A stretch of DNA of 64,000 bases. Source: Terriglobia bacterium. GTDB taxonomy: Bacteria; Acidobacteriota; Terriglobia; 20CM-2-55-15. Made by a program: the position numbers and the translations under genes. The DNA is taken from NCBI GenBank assembly GCA_965218585.1, contig CBDCLE010000010.1, positions 150,418-214,417 of the forward strand, in the 5' to 3' direction. Positions 43,928 to 54,126 of this stretch are shown here, one piece after another (position 1 is the first letter of the stretch; the number at the start of each line of letters is the position of its first letter). The notes under the pieces were generated by a model. It was given only the letters and a program-made list of their open reading frames with translations, made no database searches and was not told the DNA's origin.

Positions 43928-44707
43928 TCAACTCGCGTCGGACGTAGTGATTTGAATGAAGTCAGAATCCTCTGAAAGGGATTCGAAGTCTTCGTCGTTG
44001 ACGGCAAGAAAGCGGTTCTCCTGGCGCTGCTCGACGGCCCTGCCCAGATAATCGAGGGCGGCTTCCCGGTCACCCTTGAGAGCTGAGACAGCAGCAAGCG
44101 CATAAAGAATGTGGTCGCCATTCGGAGCCAATTTCAGCGCATGCAGCAGGTTCTCGAGGGCCTTGTCGACCTCGTGCCCATTCAACTGGGCAACGCCGAC
44201 CTCATAGTAATCATCCGCACCCTGAAGTCGCGGAGCCTTCTTGGCTTCCAGCATTCGTTTATCACAAGCCTGAATCAGGACGTGGGCTCGATCGAGCAAC
44301 TCAGTTTCGTTGGGAAACTCTTTGATCAGTTCGCTGAAAACGGTCTTGGCCCGGTCGAACTTTTCCGATTGCATCAGCTTGAAGCCAGTTTCGTAGATCT
44401 TGAGAGCTGCCGAAAAAGTAGACAGACGCGCCCGTCGAGGGGGTTTTTTTGAAGCCGCCGGTTTGGCACTGGCTCGCTTTCGGGTCTTCGGGGCAGGTGC
44501 GGGTTTCGCGGCTTTCTTCTTGACTGCTTTCTTCTTGGCGGCTGGTTTCTTCGCGGCTGGTTTCTTCCTAGAAGCCGTCTTCTTCGTAGTAGGTTTGCCG
44601 GCCCTCGCGGCAGTCTTCTTCTTGGTCGCCTTAGCCTTCAAACCCTTGCTGGATTTAGACTTAGATGCTTTAGGACTCTTAGACTGAGCTTTTTTCTTGG
44701 CTGCCAT
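43928..44707 (-). CDS. TPR protein with Lys/Ala-rich histone H1-like N-terminus
   Basis: About 90 aa of KKPAAKK-type repeats, then TPR helices ending NDEDFESL. Confidence 0.85.
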   Translation of the reverse strand: MAAKKKAQSKSPKASKSKSSKGLKAKATKKKTAARAGKPTTKKTASRKKPAAKKPAAKKKAVKKKAAKPAPAPKTRKRASAKPAASKKPPRRARLSTFSAALKIYETGFKLMQSEKFDRAKTVFSELIKEFPNETELLDRAHVLIQACDKRMLEAKKAPRLQGADDYYEVGVAQLNGHEVDKALENLLHALKLAPNGDHILYALAAVSALKGDREAALDYLGRAVEQRQENRFLAVNDEDFESLSEDSDFIQITTSDAS

Positions 44708-44742
44708 GCTTCAGGGGGTCACCTTATGGATAGAAGGGCCAC

Positions 44743-44771
44743 TTTATAATGAAACCGTAAGCCAAAGTCAA
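44743..44771 (-). promoter_or_regulatory. Sigma70-type promoter
   Basis: TTGACT-17 bp-TATAAA upstream of 44707. Confidence 0.6.
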
Positions 44772-44871
44772 GGCGGACAGATGAGCCCACAAACCTCGCA
44801 TCGGCGTCAACTCGTTAAATTAAAGTAGTTTAATGTATTACCAGTGGGTGGCTACAGGGATGCCTGAGGTC

Positions 44872-45108
44872 TCAGACCGAGGGCTTGCCGGTTGAACGGT
44901 GGGCCGCCATCGCCTTAAGGGGTTGGTCTTTCTTCTCGTCCGTCGGTTCGGTTTCATCGGACAGGCCCTGGAGCTTGGTTTGAATGGAGACTTCCTTCGG
45001 AGCTTCTATGCCAAAGCGCACGCGGTTCCGACCGATCTCGAGAACGGTGATTTCGATGTCATCGGCGATGATGATTTTCTGATTCGTTCTTCGACCAACA
45101 ATAAGCAT
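44872..45108 (-). CDS. csrA: Carbon storage regulator CsrA/RsmA family
   Basis: MLIVGRR.NQKIIIADDIEITVLEI..NRVRFGIEAPKEVSI; GGGGAG RBS. Confidence 0.88.
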   Translation of the reverse strand: MLIVGRRTNQKIIIADDIEITVLEIGRNRVRFGIEAPKEVSIQTKLQGLSDETEPTDEKKDQPLKAMAAHRSTGKPSV

Positions 45109-45316
45109 ACGGCTCCCCACTTCGGCAGAGGCCAGCGCGAAGCTAAAAATACTAAAAATACAGTAAAACGGTCGGGCTTCCGTTGGAAGGCCGTTCAAAA
45201 GCCGGCGGCAGACGGAGAATCCTTCTTTTTTCCCTGTTTTTTTGGCAGAATAGGTTCGTTTACTTGCGGGGGGAACCCCGGGTCTCAATGCGCGGAAGGA
45301 AGTGGTCGCTGAATTG

Positions 45317-46501
45317 ATGCTCCACCGTTTGCTCTGCCTGTCACTGCTGGCCGTCATCGTTTTCGTCTGGCCCATCCAAACCCAAGAAGCCACAGCGGAC
45401 CTAGAACAACTCCGCGAACCTGCCCGAATCGAAGCTGCGGCCGCCGTTGAATACCTCGACGAATTGTCTTCACGTGGCGTTTCGCTTGACGCACAGGGTA
45501 TTCGCGTCGAATCCCTCGATGGTGGATTGATCATTGCGGACCATCAGGGCGACGAGGTTTTCAATCCAGCATCGGTCATTAAAGTCGCCACCTCGCTGGC
45601 AGCCTTGGAAAAGTTTGGAATCGATCATCGGTTCGAGACGGCCTTCTATATTGATGGCACCATCGATGAAAAAGGCGTTCTTCACGGAGACCTGATCCTT
45701 TCAAGCGACGGGGATCCTGTAATGGGTACGGCCGATCTGAATCGGCTCGCCCGGGCGGTAATCCGCGAAGGTGTGCGCAGCGTGGATGGTAACTTCGTCA
45801 TCTCAGGTCCATTCACGGTTGGCAATCTGTATTCCAGACGCCGCGTCGATCCCTACGTCCTCCGGACGCTCCGCCGCATCGGGATACGGGTCCCCGAGGA
45901 AGTCACCCACGGGCCCGTGGGCGGGACACGCGTCGCCGAACGGTTTTCCGATCCCTTGTTGGAAATCCTCTTCCAGCAGAACGCCCGAAGCAACAACCAG
46001 ACGGCGGACCGTGTGGGCGAAGCGGTAGGTGGCCCGCAGGCCGTTGAGGACTACCTGATCAACGAGGTCGGGATTCGGGACGCTGATGTCAGGATTCAGA
46101 GAACGTCGGGACTGCGACGGAATCGGATCACCCCCGAGGGAGCCGTCATGGTTTTCCGGAAGCTGACGTACTGGATGGAAGGCCAGGGTCTATACCCAGC
46201 CGACGTGCTTCCCGTCGCGGGAATGGACCGAGGAACGCTCCGCTTGCGTTTCAACAGCCGGACACATCGCGGCGCGGTCGTGGCAAAGACGGGAACCCTG
46301 GTCAGCGCCGAGGACGGAGTGAGCACGCTGGCCGGAATTCTCTACACCGAAGATCACGGCCCATTGCTCTTCGCCATATTCAACTCCCACGGCCCTGTGC
46401 TGCAATACCGAAAGTTTCAAGACAACTTCGTCAAAGATCTCCTTTCCGAGTACGGTGGGATGCCAACGATCAACGCGACGACACACCGTATCGGCGGTTG
46501 A
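45317..46501 (+). CDS. dacB: D-Ala-D-Ala carboxypeptidase/endopeptidase (peptidase S13)
   Basis: PASVIK (SxxK), SNN, AKTGT. Confidence 0.88.
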   Translation: MLHRLLCLSLLAVIVFVWPIQTQEATADLEQLREPARIEAAAAVEYLDELSSRGVSLDAQGIRVESLDGGLIIADHQGDEVFNPASVIKVATSLAALEKFGIDHRFETAFYIDGTIDEKGVLHGDLILSSDGDPVMGTADLNRLARAVIREGVRSVDGNFVISGPFTVGNLYSRRRVDPYVLRTLRRIGIRVPEEVTHGPVGGTRVAERFSDPLLEILFQQNARSNNQTADRVGEAVGGPQAVEDYLINEVGIRDADVRIQRTSGLRRNRITPEGAVMVFRKLTYWMEGQGLYPADVLPVAGMDRGTLRLRFNSRTHRGAVVAKTGTLVSAEDGVSTLAGILYTEDHGPLLFAIFNSHGPVLQYRKFQDNFVKDLLSEYGGMPTINATTHRIGG

Positions 46502-46564
46502 CCAGACCGTCTCTCGCTCCCCCACCGAACTCGACTGCTGTCTTGGGTAAGACATGGACGACGC

Positions 46565-47464
46565 ATGAGTCTCGTCAACACGCTGGTCGTACGGAGTCTG
46601 CCCTTTATTCCGAAATCTCTTGTCGGCGCTGTTTCAAAACGATATATCGCGGGTGAAACACTCGACGAGGCCCTGGAGGTGGCCACCGGTCTGAATCGGC
46701 GCGGCTTCTTCACGACAGTGGACCTGCTGGGTGAAGACACCACGGACATCGCTCACGCGCGCCGCGCGTCCAGCGATTATCAAGAGGTACTCCAGGCGAT
46801 CGGGCGCAACGGCATTGAGGGAAACGTTTCCGTCAAACCCACGCAGTTTGGTCTGAAGCTCGATCCGAAATTGTGTGCAGACCTGTTCCGTGGACTCATC
46901 GAAGAAGCGCGTTCGCTCGGTTACTTCGTGCGCGTCGAAATGGAAGACTCCACGTGTACCGAAGCGACGATGGACCTCTACCGTACTCTCCTGGCCGAAT
47001 ACGACAACGTGGGGGTCGTATTCCAATCGTACCTGCATCGAACCGAGACTGATGTTGAGGCCGTCGCCCCCTTCTCTCCGAATGTTCGCATGGTCAAGGG
47101 TGTCTACGTCGAACCAGCGGCCATCGCCTACCAGGATCACGAGACGATCCGAAAGCAGTTCCTTGCCTTATCGGAAACCCTGTTTCGGACCGGTTCATAT
47201 GTAGCTTTCGCAACTCACGACGAAAGACTGGTCGACGACGCGTGCCTCCTGGTCGACAGGCTCGGCCTCCCGACTACAGCCTACGAATTTCAAATGCTGC
47301 TCGGCGTCGCCGAAAGGTTGCGCGAGAAGATACTGGAATCGGGACGCCGTATGCGGGTCTACGTTCCCTTCGGCCGGGATTGGTACGCATACTCCCTGCG
47401 GAGACTTAGAGAGAATCCCAAGATTGCAGGTTACGTTCTCCGGTCGATGCTCCCGGGAGGCTAG
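46565..47464 (+). CDS. Monofunctional proline dehydrogenase
   Basis: YIAGE, DLLGE, S.KPTQ.G, R.VKG.Y.E, ATHD, EFQML.G, RVYVPFG..WY.Y..RRL.E. Confidence 0.92.
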   Translation: MSLVNTLVVRSLPFIPKSLVGAVSKRYIAGETLDEALEVATGLNRRGFFTTVDLLGEDTTDIAHARRASSDYQEVLQAIGRNGIEGNVSVKPTQFGLKLDPKLCADLFRGLIEEARSLGYFVRVEMEDSTCTEATMDLYRTLLAEYDNVGVVFQSYLHRTETDVEAVAPFSPNVRMVKGVYVEPAAIAYQDHETIRKQFLALSETLFRTGSYVAFATHDERLVDDACLLVDRLGLPTTAYEFQMLLGVAERLREKILESGRRMRVYVPFGRDWYAYSLRRLRENPKIAGYVLRSMLPGG

Positions 47465-47541
47465 AGAACGGTCCGTGTTAATCTAGCCAGTGTTGTCGGA
47501 TGAGTCGTTACGTTTCCCGTTAACCTCCGTAACCAGTTGTC

Positions 47542-48456
47542 ATGAAAATCGTTTTGCTCGGCACGAGTTCCGCTATTCCGACGCTGTACAGGAGCCTATC
47601 GTCAACAGCGTTGATCCGCGATGGCGATGTGTTTCTGTTCGACTGCGGAGAAGGAACCCAAGTGCAGTTGATGCGCTCCGGCGTGCGCCGAAACAAGATC
47701 CATTCGATCTTCATCGGACATCTTCACGGCGACCATCTCTACGGTATCAGCGGGTTGTTGAGCACCTTGCACCTGGATAGCCGTGAGACACCGCTCCGCG
47801 TCTACGGGCCGGAAGGACTGCTACACTTCCTGAACGCCTCCTTCAGAACCAATAAACTCAACTTCAGCTACCCGATCACGGTTCAGGAGTTCAAACGTGG
47901 TTTCCATGGACGGGTACTCGAAGAGAAAGAGTTTTACGTCGACGCGATGCCGCTGGACCACTCCATTTTTTGTCTGGGATGGCGGTTCCAGGAAAAGGAT
48001 CGGCCAGGTATCTTCGATCTGGAACGCGCCGAGGCCCTCGGTATTCCGCGGGGACCTCTATTCGGGAAGCTTCAAAACGGAAACACGATCACACTGGAAA
48101 ACGGGCAGACGATCAAACCCAATGAGGTGTTGGGCGAAGTGCGGCCCGGCAAGTCCGTCGCTTACTGTCTGGATACACAGTTTTCAAAGCGATCGATCGA
48201 ATTGGCCCAAGGGTGCTCTGCGTTGATTCACGAAACGACGTTTGGACCCGACGGCGTCACGATGGCCCGGGAACGAAAGCATTCCACGATGGACGATGCC
48301 GCGCGAGTCGCTGCCGAGGCGGGAGCCGGACAATTGATCGCTACTCACTTCAGCAGCCGCTACGATCATCGGGAAGTCAAACGTATCGCTGACGAAGCCC
48401 GCCCCACGTTTGAAAAAATCACGATCGCCACGGATTTGAAAGAAATCGAGATTTAG
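47542..48456 (+). CDS. rnz: Ribonuclease Z
   Basis: LGTS..IPT, DCGEGTQ, HLHGDH, GIP.GP exosite, HFSSRY. Confidence 0.95.
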   Translation: MKIVLLGTSSAIPTLYRSLSSTALIRDGDVFLFDCGEGTQVQLMRSGVRRNKIHSIFIGHLHGDHLYGISGLLSTLHLDSRETPLRVYGPEGLLHFLNASFRTNKLNFSYPITVQEFKRGFHGRVLEEKEFYVDAMPLDHSIFCLGWRFQEKDRPGIFDLERAEALGIPRGPLFGKLQNGNTITLENGQTIKPNEVLGEVRPGKSVAYCLDTQFSKRSIELAQGCSALIHETTFGPDGVTMARERKHSTMDDAARVAAEAGAGQLIATHFSSRYDHREVKRIADEARPTFEKITIATDLKEIEI

Positions 48457-48494
48457 ATTCTTCTGCAGGTGCGGCCCGCGACCGCACATCCTAT

Positions 48495-49775
48495 TTAAAC
48501 GGGAATTTCGTGGCTGGCCCGAACGCTCTCAAGTGTCGCGTGGTCGCCCGAAGTCACCGTGACCTGAACTGTTTCACCCGGGCTTGGGGCACTGTCCACG
48601 TGCGTCTTGTAGTTGCCCCGGGTCCGGCCGAAGTTCGGTTCTTCGATCAGGACTTCCTGCAGACTTCCTACGAGGTTCGCGCGTCGTTCGAGTGCAATCG
48701 CTTCAACCCGGTCGAGGCATTCCTGGTGACGCTCTTCGATCAGCCCCACAGGATAGGACTCCATAGCCGCGGCGGGCGTACCTTCGCGCGGTGAGTACTT
48801 GAAGACGAAGGCCCAGTCGAACCGCGCGGCATCTATTAGGGAAAGGGTCTGCTTAAAATCATCTTCAGTTTCGCCCGGGAAACCGACGATCAGATCCGTG
48901 GAAATCACGATGTCCGGCATCCTCGAGCGAAGTTTCCCGACCAGTTCCAGGTAACTCTCGCAGGTGTAGTTTCGAAGCATAGATTTCAGAATGGATGTCG
49001 ATCCGGACTGAACTGGCAGATGCAGTCCCTCACAGACAGCCGGTATCGAAGCCATCGCTTCGACAACCCGGTCGGTCATGTAATAAGGATGCGGGCTCAT
49101 AAAACGGATGCGTTCGACACCTTCCACCGCAGCTACGGACTCGAGCAAGTCCGCGAAATCAGAGTCCCGACCGCCCGCACTATCACGATGGTAGGAATTG
49201 ACTGTCTGACCCAAGAGGGTGAAATCGCGCACACCCGTTCGAGCGCCCTCACGTACTTCCGAAAGAATCTCATCCATCGGGCGGTAGCTTTCCCGCCCAC
49301 GGACATAAGGCACGATGCAGTAGGAGCAGGAGTAGTTGCAGCCGCGCATGATCGTTACGAAAGTGGCCACCTTTTCGTTGAGCGAACCGACGGCGTAGTC
49401 CAGACCTTCGTCCGTCGGACGGGAATCGAGCAATCCACCGACAATATCGGGAAACTCTTCGATCGACTTCGCACCTACGACGAGATCGATATAGGGAAAC
49501 TTGGTTTCCAGAAATTCCTTCGTCCGCTCTGCGGCACAACCCGTGATGACGATCTTTCGATCCGGCCGGATAGCTTTCCACTTCCGGAGCCGGCCGATTT
49601 CAGACATCGCCCGGTGTTCGGCATGTTCCCGAACAGTGCAGGTGTTCATCAGATAGATCGAGGCCTCGTCCGGATCTTCGGTAGCAGCGAAACCGTGGTC
49701 ATTCAAGTGGCGGGCCATTTCGTTTGAGTCGGCCACGTTCATCTGGCAACCGTATGTGCGCACGTAGTACTTCAT
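48495..49775 (-). CDS. miaB: tRNA methylthiotransferase MiaB
   Basis: TYGCQMN, NTC.VRE, CNYSCSYC, HLPVQSGS, IVGFPGET, YSPR.GT. Confidence 0.93.
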   Translation of the reverse strand: MKYYVRTYGCQMNVADSNEMARHLNDHGFAATEDPDEASIYLMNTCTVREHAEHRAMSEIGRLRKWKAIRPDRKIVITGCAAERTKEFLETKFPYIDLVVGAKSIEEFPDIVGGLLDSRPTDEGLDYAVGSLNEKVATFVTIMRGCNYSCSYCIVPYVRGRESYRPMDEILSEVREGARTGVRDFTLLGQTVNSYHRDSAGGRDSDFADLLESVAAVEGVERIRFMSPHPYYMTDRVVEAMASIPAVCEGLHLPVQSGSTSILKSMLRNYTCESYLELVGKLRSRMPDIVISTDLIVGFPGETEDDFKQTLSLIDAARFDWAFVFKYSPREGTPAAAMESYPVGLIEERHQECLDRVEAIALERRANLVGSLQEVLIEEPNFGRTRGNYKTHVDSAPSPGETVQVTVTSGDHATLESVRASHEIPV

Positions 49776-49891
49776 TGGAATCCTTGATTCTAACCCGGAG
49801 AATTCCGGGTACAGACAGCCTAATTCCATTATCCTGACAAACTGAGGCAAAAACGAAACAACGAATTAGGTGTCAGTCCCCTCAATTCCCG

Positions 49892-50146
49892 ATGCACGAA
49901 ATCCCGATCGAAGACACCATCGACCTCCACACCTTTCAGCCAAAGGAAGTGCGAATCGTGGTCGAAGAGTACCTGTACCAGGCCCTCCAGCGTGGGTTTG
50001 GCGAAGTTCGAATCATCCATGGAAAGGGGATCGGCGTTCAGAGAGAGATCGTCCGATCGGTACTGGAAAAACACCCTGATGTCCTCGAGTTCCGGGACCT
50101 TGGAGACCGTGGTTCCACCGTCGCCAAACTGCGGGTCAAGGACTGA
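49892..50146 (+). CDS. Stand-alone Smr domain protein
   Basis: IDLH.F, VRIIHGKG.G, G.T. Confidence 0.88.
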   Translation: MHEIPIEDTIDLHTFQPKEVRIVVEEYLYQALQRGFGEVRIIHGKGIGVQREIVRSVLEKHPDVLEFRDLGDRGSTVAKLRVKD

Positions 50147-50169
50147 TATCCACCGGATGGGCTTCCAGA

Positions 50170-50198
50170 TTGAACTTTCTAAAGCCCTTTGCTAATCT
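50170..50198 (+). promoter_or_regulatory. Promoter for tRNA-Asn
   Basis: TTGAAC-17 bp-TAATCT with extended TG. Confidence 0.55.
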
Positions 50199-50255
50199 CA
50201 GTGGGCTGCACCGCCGATGGAAAAGGTGCAGGCTTGTGCACGTAAGTGCCGTTGC

Positions 50256-50328
50256 TCCTCAGTAGCTCAATTGGTAGAGCATCCGGCTGTTAACCGGAGG
50301 GTTGTAAGTTCGAGTCTTACCTGAGGAG
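50256..50328 (+). tRNA. tRNA-Asn (GTT), CCA not encoded
   Basis: Acceptor TCCTCAG/CTGAGGA, D-arm GCTC..GAGC, anticodon loop CTGTTAA, T-loop TTCGAGT. Confidence 0.97.
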
Positions 50329-50336
50329 CTTTATTT

Positions 50337-51488
50337 TCAGTGTTTTAGCTCGCTCGTCCCCTCGCCCGACTGAACAATACTGAACAATTCCTCGCCGATG
50401 CGGTCTGCAGCAACACGTAAGGAGTCGTGCAGGACCTGCGTGTACACGTTGAGGGTGGTGCTGACATTGGAGTGGCCCATCAGCTCCGCGACGACCTTTC
50501 CTGGAACATTCTTGTCGTGAGCCCAGGAGCAGTAAGTCCTGCGGAACGTGAGCCACGTGGCGTGCGGCAGATTCACTGCCTCACATGCTGGGAATACCCA
50601 GGTGCGCAAAACGTTGTTAGGCGAAATCGGCTTGCCGGAGCGTGTGCAGAAAACCAGACCATCAGGATTGGTCTCCCTGGCCATGGATTTCCACTCATGA
50701 AGGAGGTTGCAGCCGAACTCCGATAGTGGAATCCTTCTCTTTCCCGCTTCTGTCTTCGGCAATCCAAACCGGCCTTCGTAGACCGCTTCCGAGACCGTGA
50801 TGCAGCATGAGTCCTCGTCGAACGACTTCCAGCGCAGCGCAAACAGCTCACCCCGCCTCAGTCCAGTCAACAAGGCAACGCCCACCATTGTCCTCGCAAG
50901 CGGATACAACCGGTCGATCAGATCCGTAGCCTGTTCCGGCGTTAAGACCCACTTTGGTCTGATTGTCTTCAAAACCGGCATGTCGACATCGCGGCAAGGA
51001 TTCTCCTTGAGGTGCCCCCACTTCATCGCTGTCCGCATAATCGCACTCAACACGTCGTGGATGTGGTCAATCGTCTTCGGAGCGTAGTTCTTGCGGCACA
51101 ACTCGGCGACATAGGCCTGGATGTCCTGCCTTGTCACCTCGCATATCGCGTTGTCTCCAAAACGAGGCAGCAGGTGCTTGTGCAAAATGTGCGAGTGGTT
51201 CTTCTGCGTTGAGTGCCTATACATTGGGAGCACGTCTCTTTCCCATCGCGCAGCCAGCGCCTCAAACGCGACACGAGACCGTTGAACTTGGTCTGTGCCC
51301 GCGAGTGCAAGCCGCTCGTTGAGAAGCCGCGTCGCTTCCTTCTTGGGAACCTGTCCAAGGCTCTTGTACTTCAGAACCTTCTTCAGAATTCCGTCGCGAC
51401 CGATTTCCGTTTCGCGCCATCTGAGCTCCCAGCCGGTGCCTGTCTTTTTGAGAGAGCCGCTTCCATACGGCCTTTTCTTTTGAGCCAT
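50337..51488 (-). CDS. Tyrosine recombinase/integrase
   Basis: TGLRRGEL.AL.W, PKT, TFRRT, MGHSN..TT.NVY. Confidence 0.95.
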   Translation of the reverse strand: MAQKKRPYGSGSLKKTGTGWELRWRETEIGRDGILKKVLKYKSLGQVPKKEATRLLNERLALAGTDQVQRSRVAFEALAARWERDVLPMYRHSTQKNHSHILHKHLLPRFGDNAICEVTRQDIQAYVAELCRKNYAPKTIDHIHDVLSAIMRTAMKWGHLKENPCRDVDMPVLKTIRPKWVLTPEQATDLIDRLYPLARTMVGVALLTGLRRGELFALRWKSFDEDSCCITVSEAVYEGRFGLPKTEAGKRRIPLSEFGCNLLHEWKSMARETNPDGLVFCTRSGKPISPNNVLRTWVFPACEAVNLPHATWLTFRRTYCSWAHDKNVPGKVVAELMGHSNVSTTLNVYTQVLHDSLRVAADRIGEELFSIVQSGEGTSELKH

Positions 51489-51565
51489 ACGAGATTTCCT
51501 TTCCCTCGTTGGCTCCTCGTGCTCTGGCTGGTTACACGGCATTGTATCCAGCAATTGGAGTGCCG

Positions 51566-51778
51566 TCACGCGCATTTTCTACGCTCCAGCCACGCTCGAA
51601 TGGTCTGCTCGTGAAACCGCAAATACTTGCCTACCTTGACGTGCGGTAGCCTTTGAGATCCCCTCCGTCGCGTTCGCGCGTAAACCCACGACTTCGGGAC
51701 CTTGAGCAAGGCTGCGAGTTCGTCGACGGTGAGAAGCTCACCTAATTCTTCATCGAAGAATGTCTGCTCTTGTCTCAT
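51566..51778 (-). CDS. Excisionase-like HTH protein
   Basis: LLTVDELAALLKVPKSWVY...LP..KVGKYLRF. Confidence 0.88.
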   Translation of the reverse strand: MRQEQTFFDEELGELLTVDELAALLKVPKSWVYARTRRRGSQRLPHVKVGKYLRFHEQTIRAWLERRKCA

Positions 51779-51834
51779 CTGATTGTCCGTAGAAAGCGCA
51801 ATTTCTATTGTCTCTTCGCGACCACAGTCAACTC

Positions 51835-52235
51835 GGCACTGTCAGAGGAAATGCGCGGGTCTGAGTTCCCCACCGACGACAGGGAATTAGGCCGCCCCGA
51901 GGCGCCGCCACTGGGCAAGTGCCACGGCGCGGTTGATCTTGAAATTGTCCCGTAGGCGGAGGGGGCCTTGCAGGTTGAAGGGGCTGTAGACGACAGAATG
52001 GACGGTGGCGCATTTCTGGAGGCTTCGCATCCGCCTGAAACGGAGCATTGCGTGTTCGCGTCGCCGGAACGGCAGCTGTGAATTCTCCGCACAATCGTTC
52101 AGCAGCGGCCGGCTTGATGGAGACCGGATCCGCCCAGTTCGCGCAAGGCCGCGCGGTAAGACCTCAGCCGATCAATGACGATCGCATTCGGTCTGCCGTA
52201 GCGCCTCATCCGTTTCCTGAGGAATTCCAACGCGG
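51835..52235 (-). mobile_element. IS6-family transposase 3' remnant with IR
   Basis: RYGRP..IV.DRLRSY, AENSQLPFRRRE.AMLRFRRMRSLQK; IR GGCACTGTCAGA at 51835. Confidence 0.8.
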
Positions 52236-52841
52236 CCTTGAGGACGTGAATGTCCCAAGGGATGGGGTGAGCGATGATCTCGTTGAAGAATTCTTCACCC
52301 ATCCGGATTGAGCCGTTAAATACTCCTGGATCGCCGGAATTGCGCTCGGCCCACCAGAACTCGTGTTTGTCTGCCACATACGAACTTACCCGCGTAAAAC
52401 CTGACTTGGCCTCATAGATCCACGTGATGCTGCAACCAAACAATCGCTTCATCTGGTTGCGGACTCGAGCAAAGGACGCCCCCCTGGGTCGATCCCCAGG
52501 ACCCGCATAAAGTCGGAAAGCCTCTTACCGAGAATCAAGTCCCGACTTTGAGTCGGTACCGCTTCGGTGCAAACCCAGGCGAGCAGCAACCGGGGAATGT
52601 TGCCGTAGAGGAGTTTGTTGCCGCCGCCAGCGATCATGTAGAGCTGGTAGGGGCCGCTGACGCGCTTGTACTGAAGCCGTTGGCCGAGGTTGGTGCGCGG
52701 CAGGCTGCACAGCGCCAGCAGCCGCCCCATGAAAGCAATTTCCGGATCCGACTCCCCGGCACCGACGAGACGGTCCACCTGATCGAAGCGGGTGTAGTGG
52801 TAACGCGTCTGCTGTGTCCCCAGCGTCAGTTTATTTTTCAT
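52236..52841 (-). pseudogene. repA: Plasmid RepA (IncW-like RepA_C family), frameshifted and truncated by IS6
   Basis: LALCSLPRT, LYG.IPRLLLAWVCTEAV, L.DFMR.LG, QMKRLF, EFFNEII.HP.P. Confidence 0.78.
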
Positions 52842-53134
52842 GCTGCGCCCTCCCTATCTTTATCGGTTTCCACTGGCCAGATTGGGTTCGTTAACCAGAG
52901 ATTCTCTTCCGCGTTGTATCCGCGAACCAGTAATGCCTCTTCGATAAAGCGCCGCCCGTCGCGGCGCGTCATGTGAACAACCATCTGAATCCCGTCTACC
53001 ACGCCCCGGCAAGTGACTTCCCAAGGCAGGTCGCTTTGTCTTTCATGGTAGTCCGTCTTCCGTGCGCCTATCGTCCAGGATCGGCCAACATGCTCCGTTA
53101 ACCAGAGATTCTTTTCAGCATTGTCCCGCATCAC
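52838..53134 (-). pseudogene. Mosaic ORF containing a diverged duplicate of the VirB11 C-terminus
   Basis: SDLPWEVTCRGVVDGIQMVVHMTRR identical to the adjacent gene at protein level. Confidence 0.65.
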
Positions 53135-54126
53135 CGCACCTGCGCCAGTTTGAGTTGAGGGTCGGCGAACACAACGGGCCTGTAGTGCCAGCGCCGCTTT
53201 GCGGCGTCGTAATCGCCCACGTGGAGGGCTTCTTCGACGTACCGTTTCCCCTCGCGCCGCGTCATGTGAACAACCATCTGAATTCCGTCTACGACGCCCC
53301 TACAGGTGACTTCCCAGGGCAAGTCGCTCTCGCCTTGCATGGCGCACGTCGCCAGCCGGGACAGGGCCGACTCGGCATTGTTGGCGTGGATCGTCGTCAG
53401 ACTGCCGCCGTGCCCGGTGTTGAGCGCCTGTAAGAGATCGGCGGCCTCGCCACCCCGGACTTCGCCGACCACAATGTGGTCGGGCCGGTGCCGGAGCGCG
53501 TGCTTGACGAGGTCGCGGATCGTCACCGATTTACTGTCGATCCCCCGCGCCTCGAAGCGGACACAGTTTTTCCGGTCGATGCGGAGTTCCAGGGTGTCCT
53601 CGATGGAAACAATGCGGTCGTCGGCGGGGAGCAGCTCGATCAGGGCATTGAGCAGCGTGGTCTTACCCGAGCCGGTCCCGCCGCTGACCAGGATATTCCG
53701 CCGCCCCAGGAGCGCCGCCCGCGCCTCGTCGAGCACTTCCGGGGGCAGTGAGCCGAAGCGGACGAGATCCTCGGGCGAAAAGCTCCGCTTGCCGAAGCGC
53801 CGGATGGTGATGGCGACCTGCGGCGCGGCCGGGGGGACACAGATGGCCACGCGGGAGCCGTCGTCCAGCCGGGCATCAAGGATCGGGGAACTGGCCGGAT
53901 CGAGGCCGAGGGGCCGCGCGATCTGAATGGCTGCGCGATCGAGCGCAGCCCCATCGAGGCCGGGCGCGGGGTGCTCCCGGATTTCCCCCCGGCTTTCCAC
54001 CCACACGTTGCCGGGACCGTTAATCATGATCTCGCTGACGTCCTCATCTTCAAGGACCGATTCCAGCCCCGGCAGGAAAGGCCGAAGGTAGTCCATGCCG
54101 CGTCCGACCCTATCGGCTTCGCTCAT
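53131..54126 (-). CDS. VirB11/TrbB/CpaF-family ATPase
   Basis: SEIMING, LDARL.DGSR, GGTGSGKTT, IEDT.EL, LRHRPD.I.VGEVRG.EA, TGHGG. Confidence 0.93.
   Translation of the reverse strand: MSEADRVGRGMDYLRPFLPGLESVLEDEDVSEIMINGPGNVWVESRGEIREHPAPGLDGAALDRAAIQIARPLGLDPASSPILDARLDDGSRVAICVPPAAPQVAITIRRFGKRSFSPEDLVRFGSLPPEVLDEARAALLGRRNILVSGGTGSGKTTLLNALIELLPADDRIVSIEDTLELRIDRKNCVRFEARGIDSKSVTIRDLVKHALRHRPDHIVVGEVRGGEAADLLQALNTGHGGSLTTIHANNAESALSRLATCAMQGESDLPWEVTCRGVVDGIQMVVHMTRREGKRYVEEALHVGDYDAAKRRWHYRPVVFADPQLKLAQVR

Noticed and set aside
50205-50240. Separate ncRNA upstream of tRNA-Asn (TGCACC...GGTGCA hairpin)
   Set aside because: A single short hairpin, best explained as tRNA leader
52895-53330. 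Diversity-generating retroelement TR/VR pair
   Set aside because: Differences are mostly synonymous and not adenine-specific; the only RT is a group II intron maturase
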